NCBI GenBank assembly: GCA_007376145.1
Contig: VMFP01000001.1
Location: 122,835-186,834 of the forward strand
Direction: 5' to 3'
Source: Parcubacteria group bacterium Gr01-1014_38
GTDB lineage: Bacteria > Patescibacteriota > Andersenbacteria > UBA10190 > CAIZMI01
Length of the DNA: 64,000 nt
Part shown: positions 61,661-64,000 of the stretch, piece by piece
Numbering within the stretch: the first letter of the stretch is position 1
How the letters are laid out: each line of letters starts with the position of its first letter
Position numbers and translations under genes: made by a program
The notes under the pieces: model-generated
Databases searched by the model: none
Seen by the model: only the letters and a program-made list of their open reading frames with translations
What the model was told of the DNA's origin: nothing

Positions 61661-64000
61661 CTACTCCCGCCCACCGCGCGACTCGACTGAGCTCGTCGAA
61701 GTCCGGCGGAGAATCGTAATGGGGTTCCCGAGATTTTCGATTTCGGCGATGGGTTCGAACTCCGCGTTCACGAACTGTTCAATCTCGGGGTACTCCCGGA
61801 AGTAGGAAAAGGCGGTCAGCTGCTCATGGACCACCCACCGAATGTCCGAGCGGACGGCGGCGACCATCGCTTCTACGGGCGCCATGTAGATGTTGCGAAC
61901 CTGCGGCTCGATATAGCCGTAGGCGTAGTGGGTCGGGTGGGCGACGTCAAACAAGACCCGGTGCCCGGAGAGTACGGGAAGAGCGACGGCAGCCGTGAGG
62001 ATGGGCTCTTCCTTTGGAACCTGGCGTCGGAGAACCGCCGCGGCTTCCTCCAGCGACGAACGGTCGAATGTTCCGGTATGCGCGAAGACGTATCCGGAAC
62101 GAGCCGAGGCGTACGCGCCCCACGCCACGAGTACTCCGAGGAGAACCAGGACGGGAGCGCGGCGCCGGTACTCGGCGGCAAGCCAGGCGCCTCCGAGCGC
62201 AGCGAGGAGGGTGAGCGGCGGGAGAAACTCCGCGAGGTAGTTCGCAGTAAACTTAATCCACGAGGCGTAGAGGACCGTGGTTCCCAAGAGCCAGAGGAGC
62301 GGAACACCGACAGCAGGCAGGATTGTCTTCCGTAATGCCGGAACCTCCTCCTCTGGGCTCGGGGCCTGTTCTCGTGAGGAGACAGCAAGGATGGCGATGC
62401 TTGCGCTCATCACGAGCCAGAACGGCCAGAGGGCAAACGCGAAGTGCTCCGGACGCTCGTACGCTTGAAGGAAGCGACCAGAGAACCAGACCGCGGCCAG
62501 CGGGATGAGCCATCCCACGCGCGACCAGCGTCGGCCCCGCGCGGTGGAACGGAGAATCTGCTCCATGCTTGCGCCAAGACCGACGAGCGCAAGGAACAAC
62601 ACTGGCAGTCCCTCACGGAAGATCGGGAGCACTCCCTGAATAAGGGCGCGTCGGCGCTCTTCGGCAGTCGCGGTCGTGTCTGGATCGATTGCCGCGACGT
62701 CGACCCCAAGGAAGTACCGGACACCGGGCGTTCCGTACCAGTGCTGGATTTCCGCCGTGAGTCCGCCAAAGGCAATGAGAAATCCCACGAGCGTCCAGCC
62801 GACGCGTTGGAGGCGTGCGCGCCACGGGAGCGTCGAGAAGAGCAGAATCCCCAGAGCGGGGAGCGCGGCCGCGGCGGATGTCTTTCGTGCGCCGAACGCG
62901 AGTGCCAAGAGGACGCCGGCAAGGACGAGGAGCACCCACCCAAGGATCCTCCGCCGCGCTCGGTTCTCTTGAGGATTCACCAGACTGTGCGCGAACAACG
63001 CCAACCCGCCGGCGAGGAGCAAGAGTTGGAGCGGTTGCGCATGAAGGTAGATGCTGAAAATCACCGGAGCAGCAGGAAGGAGCCACAGACCGGCGATGCG
63101 CAGCGATGGGAGGCCTTTTCCATGAGCATTGCGGCCCAGCGCGAGCAGAGGAAGAAGCGTGAGAAGACTCGCGACGATGCTCACGAGCCGACTCGTGAGC
63201 ATCGTCGGTTCGGGCTTGAGACGGAGAAAGGCGGCGACGACCTGAACCACCGTCGGGGTTTTTAAGATTCCATCTCCTCCCGGGAGCCGTCCGTGAGAGA
63301 ACGTCCACGCGTCGTAGAGCATGCTCCCCTCGTCGTTGGTGACGGGTAAACGTTCGGCATACAGGAGACGGAAGAAGAACCCGCCGAGGAGAAGCACCGC
63401 AAGCATGAAAAGGAGCACCGGCCGGCGGACCCGAGGGCGGATCATCGGGGGGGCTCCTACGGCTGCCAGCGCGAGAGCGACTGCCGCTCCGCCGGTCAGC
63501 GAGAAGACGGTGACGCGCCGCGTTTCTTTGCGCATGAATCGCACGGCGTCGAGGACTGCGAGACGCACGCGTTCCCCGAGCGAGATGCGATGCACGACCG
63601 CAAAGGCGAGATCGGCGCTCCGCATCTCCGCTTGCTGAACGGCCTCGGGCGCATTCCGCTCTCCGTGGAATACGTAGAGGCTGGAGGGTCCGCCTTTCAC
63701 GTATGGATTTCCTGCACTGAAATCAACGGTGATCGCGTCTCCCGGTCGAGACTGCGGAGAGCGGAGCGACGCGTAATAGGTCTGCCCCGAGGAGTCCAGG
63801 ACTGGCGCAAACGTGAACGTGTACCATTCGTGGTCCCGGAACTGGCGGGCCGGAACGCGAGCCGTTCGGAGTGCGGTGGGAGCATCGGGACTGCGGCGCA
63901 GCTCAAACACGACTTCCCCCGTTGCTCGCCGGTTGCTGTACGTCGCAATCTGGAACGCGACGCCGCGTAAGGATGGGCGCAGCGATTCAAACGTTTGGCC
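61661..64000 (-). CDS. GT39-like membrane glycosyltransferase, paralog c; the 5' end lies beyond the right window edge
   Basis: The ORF-track start (GTG 63910) is not the real start. The frame stays open to position 64000 (GQTFESLRPSLRGVAFQIATYSNRRATGEVVFELRR...). These residues align with the module that is C-terminal in paralogs a and b. TM-rich GT39-like body follows (LPVTNDEGSMLYDAWTF...). Confidence 0.85.
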   Translation of the reverse strand, partial: GQTFESLRPSLRGVAFQIATYSNRRATGEVVFELRRSPDAPTALRTARVPARQFRDHEWYTFTFAPVLDSSGQTYYASLRSPQSRPGDAITVDFSAGNPYVKGGPSSLYVFHGERNAPEAVQQAEMRSADLAFAVVHRISLGERVRLAVLDAVRFMRKETRRVTVFSLTGGAAVALALAAVGAPPMIRPRVRRPVLLFMLAVLLLGGFFFRLLYAERLPVTNDEGSMLYDAWTFSHGRLPGGDGILKTPTVVQVVAAFLRLKPEPTMLTSRLVSIVASLLTLLPLLALGRNAHGKGLPSLRIAGLWLLPAAPVIFSIYLHAQPLQLLLLAGGLALFAHSLVNPQENRARRRILGWVLLVLAGVLLALAFGARKTSAAAALPALGILLFSTLPWRARLQRVGWTLVGFLIAFGGLTAEIQHWYGTPGVRYFLGVDVAAIDPDTTATAEERRRALIQGVLPIFREGLPVLFLALVGLGASMEQILRSTARGRRWSRVGWLIPLAAVWFSGRFLQAYERPEHFAFALWPFWLVMSASIAILAVSSREQAPSPEEEVPALRKTILPAVGVPLLWLLGTTVLYASWIKFTANYLAEFLPPLTLLAALGGAWLAAEYRRRAPVLVLLGVLVAWGAYASARSGYVFAHTGTFDRSSLEEAAAVLRRQVPKEEPILTAAVALPVLSGHRVLFDVAHPTHYAYGYIEPQVRNIYMAPVEAMVAAVRSDIRWVVHEQLTAFSYFREYPEIEQFVNAEFEPIAEIENLGNPITILRRTSTSSVESRGGRE

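Overview
High-GC, very compact bacterial chromosome segment. Most genes are on the minus strand, and many neighbouring genes overlap by 1-4 nt at stop/start. I can support about 60 protein genes, one tRNA, one intact insertion sequence plus a solo IS end, two toxin-antitoxin loci plus one disrupted copy, a perfect CIRCE operator, and several promoters and intrinsic terminators.

Gene content, left to right:
- pyrG (5' part), rplI, acylphosphatase, an S41 peptidase and aspS.
- An orphan unit of structured leader plus a 217-aa protein, next to tRNA-Lys(UUU).
- The hrcA-grpE-dnaK...dnaJ heat-shock operon, interrupted between dnaK and dnaJ by an RHH/RelE pair and an opposite-strand small gene.
- Secreted beta-propeller and Asp-box proteins, a CorA-like protein, and a CDP-alcohol phosphatidyltransferase.
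- An IS481-like element, then cysS.
- A visibly more AT-rich island: FGE-like, SDR and Nudix genes.
- A membrane beta-propeller (interrupted by an in-frame TAG) followed by a tyrosine phosphatase.
- dnaB, recR, an M16 peptidase and rplU.
- A WecA/MraY-like gene plus a processive GT2.
- A UvrD-type helicase fused to a Cas4/AddB-like nuclease.
- A PIN toxin locus, with a foreign-looking two-gene cassette that has replaced most of a second PIN paralog.
- secA and mreB.
- A 14-kb glycosylation block: four tandem GT4 genes and four GT-C/GT39-type membrane genes.

Candidates I consider most worth follow-up:
1. The promoter-to-terminator unit at 4.6-5.65 kb, with a ~280-nt structured leader and an unrecognisable protein.
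2. A 0.7-kb ORF-poor unit at 58.9-59.7 kb inside the glycosylation block, bounded by a promoter and a terminator and containing operator- or iteron-like tandem repeats.
3. The PIN-paralog replacement cassette at 39.5-42.6 kb.

Limits: everything here comes from reading the sequence and the ORF track by eye. No database search, RNA folding or GC computation was run. GC statements are qualitative. The lineage guess (reduced-genome, Patescibacteria/CPR-like) is inference only.
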